From Octopus vulgaris (lineage: Eukaryota): a stretch of 64,000 nt of DNA. Made by a program: the position numbers and the translations under genes. The notes under the pieces are model-generated. The model did not search any database. It was not told the origin of the DNA and worked only from the letters and a program-made list of their open reading frames with translations. Shown piece by piece: positions 25,566 through 38,342 of the stretch. Every line of letters starts with the position of its first letter. The stretch's first letter is position 1. The DNA lies in NCBI GenBank assembly GCA_951406725.2, contig OX597816.1, forward strand, positions 166,036,001-166,100,000, written 5' to 3'.

Positions 25566-27684
25566 TGAAGTGTTGAAGTGAATCTAACGGTTTTGTGTGT
25601 TTCTGAATGGTGTATAAACACCATCCACGCTGAAATTAAGTACCATAAATGTAACAAACAACTTTTATCTTAATATAACACAAAATTCAAATAAGTAACT
25701 AAAAGCTCAGTGAAGCAAGTTCCAAAATTCACTTTAATATATAGCCGTATGCCATGCTTTTTGTTGTTTTTCTTTTTACTTTTCCCCTATATTATTCCGT
25801 AATAATTTTTTTGTCACACCACATATTTTTGTTATCTTGTATATCGACCTGAAGGTGAGTTTATTCATATGTTTAGTTTCGTACTTCATTATTTTATACT
25901 GAAAATTTCGTAATTCTTTAATATCTTCACATCCCCGAAATGTAACGATTTGATGCTTCGATTATATCGTGTATATTGTACGATTCTTAGTATTCTTTTA
26001 TTACAAATTTGATTCTGCTGTTCCACTTATCGCTCCACATCACAATTTCGTGTATTTACGAAATTAGTAACGTGCCAGTATCCCAGCACAAATGTAATGT
26101 CTTCATTATTTTGATAGCTTCCTTAACAGAAACACTATCATCTTGCCGATAATTCAAAAACGCTCTTACAAAAGTTGAATACGCGATTTTGTTTCCCAAC
26201 TTCCATATACATCATTTGTAATGTTATTTTGAAATCGTTTTAGATAGAATTTCCAAAGAGAAGAAAAGCAACCGAGTCCTCTTCTCAGAATCCAATGTCC
26301 AATAGTTTAACAAGTGCTTCTATTCCTCTTTTCCCCGGCAAACCTTTTCGTTTCCTTCTTTTTGAGACAGTAATTGCATTCCTTGCTTTTAACGTGGTTA
26401 GTTTCACAGACATCTTTGTAATATCCTCGCTATAAGTTTCATGTTGTTTATGAGTTTCTTCAATGAATATCGAGTATTTAAATTACTTGTATTCGTTTTC
26501 TGATATATTGATTTCTTTGTTCGTAAATTCTGTAAGTCGGAAATAAACCTGTGAAGATCTATTTCTAATGTTTTCGTTTGAACACCACTTAGCGATAGAA
26601 AGCTTTTCTGGTTGGCGACTCGTACATATTGGTTGCCATTGGTTTTGTTTTTGATTTGTCATATACTACCATCAGTGGATTGCGTGACAACAGGCTTTCC
26701 TGGAATATTAACGTTTTCTTTAACACACAGTGAGCAATTAACTCTACCACGCCACATGATCCAGTCCTTCTTGCATTGTGGGAACTTGTGTGCTTCAGTA
26801 ATGCTGAGAATTGTGTCAGCGAAGCGCAAGCCGCAGTAGGGTCTCCCGTACTAGACAAGTCAAAGGATAAAAGATAGACTAATATGGACCACTTCTTCCC
26901 AGGGGTTAAAATAGAGTTGCATAGAATCAACACCCCTACATAGAAAAAATATCAAAGTTGCAGAAATAATCGAAGACAAATTAAAACCAGCCTAGGAGAA
27001 GGAGGCCTTTCCCCAGGAAAACATATATGCCAAAAAAAAGAGAGACGTTGTCTTAGTCTTAACGTATAGGCATCCTCTCATATATTTTGGATAATTTCTC
27101 ACTTGCATATATTAAAGGTCACCATCTAAATATTTATATCATTTACACATTGCAATACTTCAATCACATTGTAATGCTTTTAATGTATATAGATATTTTC
27201 ATGTTTTCGTGTCAACAGGATACGAGTTATAAAGTTCAGTGTGTTAAACAAATAAATAGTCAAAGAAAGGGAAAATAGTTTTTAAAAAGAACGATTTATT
27301 AGCGGAAGTGCTGTGGAGGCTATGCCGAGGTTCAAGTAATTTCTATCAAGCAAAAATGAAATACGAGAATAATAAGACCCGATACACAATTGCTTCCAGA
27401 GTAAATGTTTCAGAGAGAGTGAGGGAAAAAGAGAGAGAGACTAGCATGTATCGAGAATAGGGCCAAGTGAGAATGAGAGAGTCACTATTAGGACAATGAA
27501 GTGAGGGGGTACAATGCATAAATCGGAAATAATGGGTTATTTGCCAGATTTTCATCATTTTCTCTCGATTCCAAATCAGGAAGTATGATGTAGCATCCGT
27601 TAAGAATTACATCATCCCTCCGGTTAATATAAATGTTGTATTCTTCCTGGTAAACTCCTTTTTACGTTCCGCATTCTGGATCAC

Positions 27685-27895
27685 AAACTTCGGAAAAACT
27701 GGCCCATTATGTCCAACCCCGCTCTACCCTATAGTTTTTTACAGAACATATCTACGAAGAGATTTTCTTTCAGGAAAAAACCCACAGCATCATGCCTTTC
27801 TTTGTTGTATATAGGATAGGCATGATACACAGATGGCTACTGAACAATGACAACGACTGAAGATTTGGCAACCATACTTTTATTCATCCAGTTAA
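27685..27895 (+). repeat. Local direct repeat B (copy at 28278-28491)
   Basis: 'cggaaaaactggcccattatgtccaaccccgctctaccc...ttttattcatcca' is near-identical in both. Confidence 0.9.
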
Positions 27896-28104
27896 CTGTT
27901 CGTTATAGACACATAAAAGAGTTATTCAAAACTAAAGTTATAGTCACTGGGTGTTTTAGTTAAGAGAAAAAACTTTATAGCATCTCCCAATTAGTCGATG
28001 TCGTGTTTTAGTCTCACTGAGCACTAGTTTTCCTCCGTAGACAATATACAACAACGAGGAGTGTGCTTGCGTTCAAATCAGTCAGAACTTATTAAGAACG
28101 AATG

Positions 28105-28253
28105 TGTATGTTTCCGTCTAACAAATCCACTCACAAGGTGTTGCCCAGCCTGCGGCTATAGTAGAAGACACTTACTCAGGGTTCCAAGCGGTGAGACTGA
28201 ACCCGAAACCATGTGGTTGGGAAGCAAACTTCTCACCACATAGCCACGCCTGT
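28105..28253 (-). mobile_element. Degenerate family B SINE
   Basis: 'tttccgtctaacaaatccactcacaagg...catagccacgcctg'. Confidence 0.8.
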
Positions 28254-28644
28254 TGGTTTTTATTCGACACTGTTTCCAAAACCTCGGAAAAACTGGCCCA
28301 TTATGTCCAACCCCGCTCTACCCTATAGTTTTTTACAGAACATATCTACGAAGAGATTTTCTTTCAGAAAAAAAACCCCACAGCATCATGCCTTTCTTTG
28401 TTGTATATAGGATAGGTATGATACACAGATGGCTACTGAACAATGACAACGGCTGAAGATTTGGCAACCGTACTTTTATTCATCCAATTAATCGGTAAAT
28501 TAGCAGAAAACTCGGGTCCAATAGGGGAATTAGGAAAATTAACCTTCTTTTATCTTCTGTAGTTAGTGTAATCGAGCGTTTAAACTATTAAATTCACAGT
28601 CAATCATTTCCTGGATTTCATCTACGTTTCATTGTAAATATATG

Positions 28645-28995
28645 ACGTGTACTTGGGTGTGTGTGTGTATTTGTCAGTGTTTGTGTGTTTGTGTAAGTGT
28701 GTGTATTCGTGTATTCGTGTGTGTGTGTGTGTGTGAGCGGGTTTATGTGTATGTTTGTGTATGTGTGTGTATTTCAGTGCATGTGTTTGTGCATGCATGT
28801 GTGTGTATGTGTATGATTGTGTGTTTGTGCATCTTTGTGTGTATCAGGGTGTGCGTGTGCGTGATTTTGCGATTGTGTATACTTTTGTGTTGTGTTCATG
28901 GATTTGTGTGTGTGTGTGTGTGCGTGTTTACGTATTTACATGTGTCCGTATATGTTGTTGTGTGTGTATAATTGTGTGTGTATGTGTGTCCGCGC
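28645..28995. repeat. Degenerate (TG)n low-complexity tract
   Basis: Direct reading. Confidence 0.9.
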
Positions 28996-29419
28996 GCTCA
29001 TGTATTTCTACAAAATTACATTCAACGCTTAATTGAACCAATTTAAAAGATCTGAGATATAATTGGGAAATATTGATTAAACTTAACAGCCACAATTTAG
29101 AATTTAAAAATATCAAATTAATTTTAAAACATGCAATAAAACAACACCAAAAGCAGCGTTCTTTAACTGATTGAATGTTTCCTCTCTTTCTAGAGGTCAG
29201 TCCGCCATGCAACCACAGCGCCACCTATGTCAGCCAATTTGATCACAATATCGTTTCATTGTTGGAGTTGGTCAAATACCGAATGTTCAACTTGAGAAAT
29301 GCTGAAACGACGAAATGGCTTTCTTATCAAGGTTCCATCACTCGTAAAGGAGGAACACCTCCCTTGATTTCTTCCACCGCTGTGTTTCTCACTAGTCGAG
29401 TCTACGTAGGCCCCAGGTA

Positions 29420-29830
29420 GCAGGTGAGATCATCTCACCATCTTGTCTTTAGTCGGCTTCTTGATCTTTCCATTGTCTTCCTGTCCATTTCATCAGCCTG
29501 GTTGTCCATCTGTTGTCCTTCAGTTGCGCGATGTAGCCAACCCATCTATATTTGTTCTCCTTGAGGGTTCTTATGTCTCTCGTGTGCTGTCGAATCCAGG
29601 CGTTGGTTTTCTTGTTCCGTAATGTCATACCGAGATCGCTTACAGAAGTGAAAATGATTCACCAAGGAACGGAATTGATTGCTAACAGCGTCCAGGGATG
29701 TTAATTGAACTGGGGCTGACGTCCATTTGATTGGTTGACTATCAAAAGTCAATAAAACTATCAGAGCTGTAGGTTTCAGGCCAACAATCTTGGCGCACAG
29801 TTTGACTAGTCGAAGGAATGGTTTCACTTC
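29420..29830 (-). mobile_element. RTE-clade LINE 3' fragment
   Basis: Reverse complement reads WVGYIAQLKDNRWTTRLMKWT, with SRSRLKTRW-like remnants (cf. WAGH..R..DNRW...RGRP..RW). Confidence 0.6.
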
Positions 29831-30263
29831 AGCACGAGTTTGAAACTCGTCAACAAAGGTTATGAAAAGGGGTCTGCAAGAGGGAGAAGTGGGTGTTCAA
29901 CTTTAGAAACAGGTATGACAGGCGGTATGAGGATTACAGTTCTTAGGAAGATGAATTGGGTTGGTGTGGAGATGTTACAAGAAGCAAGGTGCGTGGATGC
30001 AGCGGTATTATCAGGGGTGGGGATAGAACAGTAAGCAACGTTCGAGGAAGGGTTAAAGGGTAGGAATTTGAGTGCCTTGGTAAAGGAGAGTAAGTGAAAT
30101 AGTATAGAATGGATTATGACTTGGGTGAGCGGAGGAGAGATAAGAAAAAACAAAATACCAATAAAATATTGAGGTCGATGATAGTGTCTCACCTATTCCC
30201 TTTAAACCTGCTGGCCTTGTACCAAATTTAGAAACTATTGTCGTGGTATGCACGAATATGCAA

Positions 30264-30817
30264 GGCGACGAGCTGTCAGAAACGTTAGCACGGCGGGCGA
30301 AATGCTAAGCGGTATTTCGCCAGTCGTTCTGAGTTCAAATTCTGCCGAGGTCGACTTTGCTTTCATCCTTTCGGGGTCGATTAAATAAGTACCAGCTACG
30401 CATTGGGGACGACATGATGGACTTAATCCGTTTGTCTTTCCTTGTTTGTCCTCTCTGTGTTTAGCCCCTTGTGGGTAGTAAAGAAATAGGTATTTCGTCT
30501 GCCGTTACGTTCTGAGTTCAAATTCCGCCGAGGTCGACTTTGCTTTCATCCTTTCGGGGTCGATAAATTAAGTACCAGTTACGCACTGGGGTCGATATAA
30601 TCGACTTAATCCGTTTGTCTGTCCTTGTTTGTCCCCTCTGTGTTTAGCCCCTTGTGAGTAGTAAAGAAATAGGTATTTCGTCTGTCTTTACGCCGTGGTT
30701 GACTTTGCCTTTCATCCTTTCGGGGTCGATAAATTAAGTATCAGTTGTGTGCTGGAGTCGATCTAATCAACTGGCCCCCTTCCCAAAAATTTCAGGCCTT
30801 GTGCCTAGAGTAGAAAC
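30264..30817 (+). mobile_element. Family A SINE trimer (head, two tail-X units, terminal tail Y)
   Basis: Junctions 'aagaaata|ggtatttcg' at about 30489 and 30672. Confidence 0.9.
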
Positions 30818-30849
30818 GGGTATGCGCGAATATGTTATATATCGGAAAT

Positions 30850-31160
30850 CAATGACCGTGATCCCGGATTACAACTAGATTCCTTAGATATCGAAAACCA
30901 TTTTTTATAATCCCTGCTGTTTCCAACAGAGCAAATTTCTGAATCAATGCAACTCTCATAGTTACACCAATCTCAATAAAAAAAAAAACTTTTTTGCTTG
31001 TTGGTGATAGTACCTGGGGGACGTATAATAACTTGGGTTACTTTTGTAGAAACCTTCCATAGTCTTCATAATTCCCTGGCCAAATCCTGGTATTTTCCTA
31101 TTTTCTCTTCTTCTTTGTCCGCTACATTCATCGTGTCCGTGGATATGGCCACATCTCTGA
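30850..31160 (-). mobile_element. RLE-LINE fragment(s)
   Basis: IIRDVAISTDTMNVADKEEEKIGKYQDLAREL*RLWK. Confidence 0.7.
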
Positions 31161-31227
31161 TGATACGCTCTGTTTTTCTCCCTTGTCTACGCTTAGTCGC
31201 CTGGCTTGTCGATTTTTTCGCCTTCTT

Positions 31228-31228
31228 A

Positions 31229-31272
<44 letters not shown>

Positions 31273-31510
31273 TTCCCCTTCTTCTTCTTCTTCTTCTTCT
31301 TCGTCCTCTTTTTCTTCTTCCTCCTCTTCTACTAGTGCTTCTTCCTTTACTTCTACTGATTTTTCTTCTTTTCTTCTATTACTACTACTTCTTCTACTTT
31401 CCCTTCTTCTTCTTCTTCTTCTTCTTCTTCTTCTTCTTCTTCTTCTTCTCTTCTTCTTCTTCATGTTCTTCTTCATCTTCTTCTTCTCATTATTATCATT
31501 ATCATCATTT
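31228..31510. repeat. (CTA)n/(CTT)n compound trinucleotide repeat
   Basis: Direct reading. Confidence 0.9.
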
Positions 31511-31519
31511 TATCATGGA

Positions 31520-31880
31520 AACGCTCAGCTTTACTCTGCTTCGCATGATGGAAAGAGTCAACTGTCCACAGCCAGCAGACTAAGTTGATATTTGTTTACT
31601 GATCGCGATTCAAGAACCCTACGGAGAACTCTTGTAGTTCCAAGCAAAGACGATTTTTGTCAGTGTTCTGTCTCAACATTCATTTCAGTCTTTTTGAGCC
31701 ACGTCGGTAGTTGGGCACAGAAGCTTTCAAGTGCACCGATCACTATTGATATCACGTTCAGTTTCTTCTTTACCCACAACCTGTGTATTTCCCCACCTCA
31801 GTTCATCATAGTTTTTTTTTTTTTGCTTTTTCACTTCCATCCTGTTGTCACCAGGACATGCTATATCAATTACCAGCCTT
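31520..31880 (-). mobile_element. RLE-LINE 3' fragment
   Basis: Reverse complement reads VISIVIGALES...QKSSLLGTTRVLRRVLE; abuts (ATT)n at 31900-31965. Confidence 0.7.
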
Positions 31881-31899
31881 GTTAATCATCATCATCATC

Positions 31900-31961
<62 letters not shown>

Positions 31962-32049
31962 CATTATTACGCTATTGCATGCTAATTTTCCAATTTTTTT
32001 TCTTTGCCATCGACTCTGCTATCATAAGGAATTGCAAAATCTATGATGT

Positions 32050-32445
32050 TACGCTTCTTCTTCTTCTTCTTCTCCTCCTCCTCCTCATCCTTCTCTTCCT
32101 CCTCCTTTTCCTCTATTTTCATCTACTTCTCCTCCTCCTCCTTCTTTTCCTCCTGTTCTTCCTCCTTTTACATCTGCTTCTTCTTCTCCTCCTCCTCCTC
32201 CTTCTTTTCCCCCTGTTCTTCCTCCTTTTACATCTGCTTCTTCTTCTCCTCCTCCTTTTCCTCCTTTTTTATCTGCTTCTTCTCCTCATCCTCCTCTTCT
32301 TCCTCCTTTTTCATCTGCTTCTTCTCCTCTTCCTCCTTCTTTTTCATCTGCTTCTCCCCATCATCATCCTCCTCCCCTTCTCCTCCATCTTCTTTAACTT
32401 ACTGCTGCTGCTGTTGTTGTTGTTGTTGTTATTGTTGCTGTTGTT
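32050..32445. repeat. Pyrimidine-rich (CTT/CCT)n with higher-order unit, then (CTG)n(TTG)n
   Basis: 'tttt(a)catctgcttctt' recurs about six times. Confidence 0.85.
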
Positions 32446-32447
32446 AA

Positions 32448-32832
32448 GGCGACAAGTTGGCAGAATCGTTAGCATGCCAGGCAAAATACTTATAAAGACA
32501 GCATTTCGTCCGTCTTTATGTTCTGAGTTCAAATTCCGACTTTTCGGGGTCGATAAAAATAAATACCAGTTGAGGACTCGGGCCAATTTAATTGACATAT
32601 TCCCTCTCCAGAAATTGCTGGCCCTGCGCCAAAACTTGAAACCAAAGGCAATGAGCACTCCGGCTAAAATGCTTAGTGGCATTTCGTCCGTCTTTGAAAT
32701 TTTGCCGACATCGATTTTTACCTGTCATCCTTTCTGGCTTAATGAAATAAATACCAGTTGAACAGTGACGTTAATTATGTCGACTAGCCCTTCCCACCAA
32801 AATTTCAGGCCTTGTGCCTATATCAAAAAGGA
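32448..32832 (+). mobile_element. Two degenerate family A SINEs
   Basis: Family A motifs. Confidence 0.75.
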
Positions 32833-32957
32833 TTATTACAATTATTTGATGAAAACTCTCAGCTTGTTTTGCCGGACATGGTGGAAAGTGCCAGATGTCC
32901 ACAACCAGCAGACTAAGGTCACATTATAATTATTAATATTATTATTATTATTATTAT

Positions 32958-33031
<74 letters not shown>

Positions 33032-33032
33032 T

Positions 33033-33680
33033 TTTGGTTTGGCTCAGGTTCGGTCTTATTCCTGGTAGGATTTATGTAGATAGCGTGTCACTACTTGTAG
33101 CCTTAGATATCCACAAGTTTTCAGCAGTCTTTCAAGTGCTTAGAACACTCCTGATAATCCTTCCTGTCCCTAAGACACAAACTTTCTGTAGGAACTCTAC
33201 CGAGCAGTCTATTTCAATCTCCTTCATCCATTTGTCTCTATCTTGGCTTACTGTTCCCAACGCACCAGTTATTATAGACACGACCTTTTCATGCTCCAAA
33301 TTCCTCCTAATTCAAATATTAAGGGATTGTGTTTTTTCTTCTTTCTTTACGATCCTGGAATCAAACGGGTATGATGGGTCGAGAAGTAAGCAACTTTACT
33401 TTTCCATATCTATAATCGTTATGTCCGGTTTATTATTTTTTAACTTCTTGTCCGTTTGAATAGGTAAGTCCCACAAAATCTTGCATTTCTCCGGCTCCAG
33501 TACTCATTGGGCTCGATGAGTGTATCCTGTGTTTCCAGTTTCATATCTCCATTTCTGGTACAGTTTCCAGTGTGAAACTTTTGCAACCTGGTCGTAACTC
33601 CATTTCTTATATTCATCCTATGCCAACTTGGGGCATTCTGCCACAATGTGTACCACTGTCTCATTCCAAGTTCCACGGAC
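33033..33680 (-). mobile_element. R4/Dong-type LINE 3' fragment (zinc knuckle + RLE), 3' end abutting (TAG)n/(TTA)n
   Basis: ETVVHIVAECPKLA; ILWDLPIQTDK; KPDITII; LQKVCVLGTGRIIRSVLST*. Confidence 0.8.
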
Positions 33681-33694
33681 TCTATTATTATTAC

Positions 33695-33853
33695 TATTAT
33701 TGAGTGAGAGAGCAGTGCATGCCATCAAAGTGACAGTGGGGTAAAATATGTGAAGCCCAGTATACCCATCTGATAAGGGTAAACCAGGCACATGCATCGC
33801 ATGCATATGTGTGCGACATGGTGATTTCATATCAAGATAAATAGCGCATGACC
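33695..33853 (-). mobile_element. Family E SINE 3' part
   Basis: Colinear with 37425-37590. Confidence 0.8.
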
Positions 33854-34326
33854 GGGAAGGTCATGCGCTATTTATCTTTAGAAATATAGAAAAATTCTGT
33901 TAGAGGAATGAAGAATAATTCAATCCTGCAGTTTCAAACTTTTCGGATCACTGATTTTGACTTGGGCTTTCAGACCAGTAAACAAGCAGAGGTGTAGTGG
34001 ATATTTTAAAATTTCATCGTAAATGGTTGAATGAACTAAATATAACCAATCGGATGCGAAAACTTTGAAACTGCAGTAGTGAATTATCCTTCATTCCTCT
34101 AACGGTCTCCTTAGAGATGAGAGAGAATTTTCCTGTATTCACAGCCCGCAAACATGTCTGCCTGTAAACATTCAGTGAAGCTCTACATAGCGCCGGTAGC
34201 TTACCGGCTGCTATTTCTAGCAATGATCGTGCTTCGTGTACATCTGCTTTGTATATTTTTAATTCTAACTGTTATGGTGCTTTATTCTTGCTGGATAGTA
34301 ATATTATTAATTTTTATAATATTTAA

Positions 34327-34510
34327 GGCGGCTAGCTGACAGAAATGTCAGCACGCCGGGCGGAATGCTTAGCGGTATTTCGTCTGTCTTTACGTTCTGA
34401 GTTCAAATTCTGCCGAGGTCGACTTTGCCTTTCTTGCGTACTGGGGTTATCTAATCGACTGCCCCCCTCCCCAAAAATTTCTGGCCTTGTGCCTAGAGTA
34501 GAAAAGAATA
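34327..34510 (+). mobile_element. Family A SINE with internal deletion
   Basis: Family A head and tail Y. Confidence 0.85.
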
Positions 34511-34657
34511 CTTACATTTCTTTTATATATATATATATATATTTATTAAGGTGGCGCTCCAGCATGGCCGCAGTCAAATGACTGAAACAAGTAAAAGAAT
34601 AGAAGAATAAACGTATATTAATTATATATACGTGTGTGTGTGTGTGTGTGTGTGTAC

Positions 34658-34703
<46 letters not shown>

Positions 34704-35032
34704 GGATAAGGTGTAAGGTTGAAATGACTTAAAACGATTTTGAGTAAAGGTTGACCTCGAGCAAAATAACAACAAGAACAACTTTGACGAAATTGTCGAA
34801 ATACAAAGTTCATGCAAAGAAAATGTTGAAGGTCTTGAAATGGATTTGCTATCATTAAAGAATCGTGTTTATCATGACATCATTAAATATCAGCCTTTAA
34901 GGATGTTATCCGATCGTTCTAAACAGAGAGATTGTTAAAGGTCGCTTTACAGCAACCCTCGTTAGAATAATAATTGTGTTTAAAAGGAACATCAGCAAAA
35001 ATAAATCTCAATTATATAACAGAACGGCTGAA

Positions 35033-35158
35033 AAATGATGATGACGATGGTAGTGGTGGTGGTGGTGGTGGTGATGATAAGGATAATGATGATGATGATG
35101 ATGATGATGATGACGACGACGACGACGGCGGCGATGATGATGATAATGATGATGATGG

Positions 35159-35197
<39 letters not shown>

Positions 35198-35243
35198 CCC
35201 TTTTTGCCAATAGAGTGACAACAACAGAAACAACAACAACAGC

Positions 35244-35282
<39 letters not shown>

Positions 35283-35340
35283 AATAATAATAAGAATAAG
35301 AATAAGAATAAGAATAATAATAATAATAATAATAATAATC
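35033..35340. repeat. (GAT)n/(GGT)n, (CAA)n, (AAT)n and (AATAAG)n simple repeats
   Basis: Direct reading. Confidence 0.95.
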
Positions 35341-35911
35341 CTTTCTACTATAGGTATAAGGCCTGAAATTTTAGAGGAGGGGTTATGTCGGTTAGATCGA
35401 CCCCAGTACTCAACTGGTACTTAATTTATCGAACCCGAAAGGATGAAATACAAAGTCGACCTCAGCGGAATGTGAACTCAGAACGTAGCGGCAGACGAAA
35501 TACCGATTTTCACAAGGGGCTAAACACAGAGGGGACAAACAAGGACAGACAAACGGATTAAGTCGATTATATCGACCCCAGTGCGCAACTGGTACTTATT
35601 TAATCGACCCCGAAAGGATGAAAGGCAAAGTCAACCTCAGCGGAATTTGAACTCAGAACGTAAAGACAGACGAAATACCTATTTCTTTACTACCCACAAG
35701 GGGCTAATCACAGAGAGGACAAACAAGGACAGACAAACGGATTAAGTCGATTATATCGACCCCAGTGCGCAACTGGTACTTATTTAATCGACCCCGAAAG
35801 GATGAAAGGTAAAGTCGACCTCGGCGGAATTTGAACTCAGAACGTAGCGACAGACGAAACACCGCTGAGCATTTCATCCGGCGTGCTAACGATTCTGCCA
35901 GCTCACTGCCT
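35341..35911 (-). mobile_element. Family A SINE trimer
   Basis: Reverse of the 30264-30817 structure; junction 'cgaaatacc|tatttcttt' at about 35679. Confidence 0.9.
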
Positions 35912-37299
35912 TAAACTGTCTTGTGTAAGAGAACTTTGGACGAGTGTCATTGCGATCATCATTTTCAAAATGTAAAGATCAGAAACAAATACTTGAAGGC
36001 ATCTTGTTCAACGCTCTAACATATGGATTGTTACTTTTTTATCGACCCCCCAAAAAATGAAAGGCAAGCTGATCTCAGCGGGTTTTGAACTCACTACTAA
36101 AGGGGGTGAGACCCATACAGTTCTAATGACTGCCAATGTCGCCTTTGTAATATTTCACAATAATATTTGATAATTAGATAGGAATGTTCTTCGCAAAGAA
36201 TCATCTTTGCTGAAAACAACAAAAATCTAATTATTCTTATATCCTTCTGTTCTATTGTTAGTCATAGGAAGAAAAAAAAGTATCAGCTCGTCAATCTTAA
36301 AATATTTACAAGTGCAAGATTTATTTGCTTAGATATATATATATAAAAAAAAGGATGGAGCGTTTAACAAGAAAAGCTTAAGGATTATTTGATATAATGA
36401 ATAAGTTATTTAAAGCTAGGAATAACCTACAGCCATATTAGTATGCTGAGTGTACGTCATGACTGACTTCAATAAAAATAACTATTTTAATAGAAGTGTA
36501 TTATAGTTCGCTAGAAGCATTATGGAATGTGAAAAAGTGCAACAGCAATAATAATGAGATCATATCGATATTGCCTCAAAATTATTTATCTGTTTCTTAT
36601 ATTTCGAATAAACCACTCCTAATCTGATGTTGATTGTTAGGATATGATTACATTTTTTCATCCGTACGAAAATCCTTTCGATGATCATTCATTAACGGCT
36701 ATTCGCCGATGACACGACTTTCACTCGAAATATAAGGAACTTATAAATATCTCTGCGATAACACTGCGATCACGTGCTTGTCGTTGTTACGGTGTGTGCG
36801 GCTTAGTACGTGCGTTTTCGTTTCGCTATACACCTGGGAGACGTAAAAGTGGAGAGCCATATGGTCTGAGGTTTATAGTTGAAAATGATATTCTTCTGTC
36901 AATTAGCAAGTTCTATACACAAAGCCATGTAGTCGTCCGCTTTTACGTCTTCACGGGAAGAGTCAAACAAAATCGATCGGAGATGAAAAGGTCAATACTT
37001 ATTGATATATTTGTATTGTAACAGCTTTCTAACAGAAACTTATTTCACTATTTTAATACTGGTCAGTGAAACAGCCATTCCATAATGACGACTTTTAAAT
37101 AAATGAGAAATAGGGACATCATAAACTCATAAAACAACGTATACAAGGATTCAATACCCATGTAAAATGGCTTTGTAACTTATTTTACCTCTTTTTGTGG
37201 GGTGTTCGCTACTTGCAAGAGGAAATGCATAATAACACTTTTCAGGTGAGAAAAAGGGAGCTATTCTCAAACCACCTGGTATTTCATCAGAGCATTTAA

Positions 37300-37336
<37 letters not shown>

Positions 37337-37419
37337 GCTGCTGCTGCTGCTGCTGTTGTTGTTGTTTTTGTTGTTGTTGTTGTTGTTGTTGTTGTTATTA
37401 TCATTGTTATTATTATTAT

Positions 37420-37806
37420 TATTGAGAGAGAGAGAGCAGTGCTTGCCATCAAAGTGATACTGGAGTAAAATATACGAAGCCCAGTGTAACCATCATGACT
37501 ACCGGTCTAATAAGGGTACACCAGGCACATGCATCACAATCATATGTACGCGACATGGTGATCTCATATCAAGATAAACAGCGCATGACCAGTTAGATTT
37601 TCTTCGGGTCGAGTAGCCCATCAAGCTCAAATGGTCCCTGAATAAGGTTGTTTAAGAGTGTTGAATAAAGCACCCGTGTTTCCAAGGGTGAATTATCCAA
37701 ACCCCAAAGAATTCCACTCAACACATGGCTACGATGCTCTCCCACTACTTCTGCTCGTGATCAGAGATGCACATATCGTCAGCCACTAAAGGACATGCTC
37801 CACTGA
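37420..37806 (-). mobile_element. Family E SINE-like element with (AAT)n tail
   Basis: Shares about 160 bp with 33695-33853; both end in (AAT)n on the minus strand. Confidence 0.7.
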
Positions 37807-37851
37807 CAAGTAAATCTGTGGTATTGAGCAGAATATTTGCTGTACTCCATC

Positions 37852-37932
<81 letters not shown>

Positions 37933-37945
37933 CCATTACTATAGA

Positions 37946-38150
37946 GGCGGTGAGCTGGCAGAAACGTTTGCACGCTGGACGAAATGCTTAACAGTATTTC
38001 GCCCGTCTCTACGTTCTGAGTTCAAATTCCGCCGAAGTCGACTTTACCCCTCGTCTTTTCGAGGTCTATAAAATAAGTACCAGATGCGTACGGGGGTCGA
38101 TGTAACCGACCATCCCGCTCCCTCAAATTACATGCCTATATTAGAAAGAA
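37946..38150 (+). mobile_element. Family A SINE
   Basis: Family A motifs. Confidence 0.85.
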
Positions 38151-38157
38151 TTATTAT

Positions 38158-38340
38158 TAAGTGATGCAGCCAGTCGCTGGAGTGCCACTCAGGACGTTTT
38201 CATAATCAGCCGCCACCACTAGTCTCTGTCATGCGTAGCAGGTTCGCTGTGATATGACCTGTCCAGTCCTTGATGTTGTCAAACCTGGCTTTTCTTTATC
38301 TACTTCTCTTTCGCCCTGCCTCAACTGTACCCTGAAGAAC
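38158..38340 (-). mobile_element. RTE/BovB-like LINE 3' fragment
   Basis: Reverse complement reads VLQGTVEAGRK...FDNIKDWTG. Confidence 0.65.
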
Positions 38341-38342
38341 TA

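Noticed and set aside
25845-25862. Isolated consensus splice donors (also about 43672 and 60438)
   Set aside because: They have no matching acceptor or open frame and are expected by chance in 64 kb.
25800-26580. Possible decayed integrase or transposase on the minus strand
   Set aside because: No motif could be read with confidence; it needs a translated profile search.
31979-32761. Longest ORF in the track (260 aa, poly-Leu/Phe)
   Set aside because: It is a (CTT/CCT)n repeat read through into a family A SINE.
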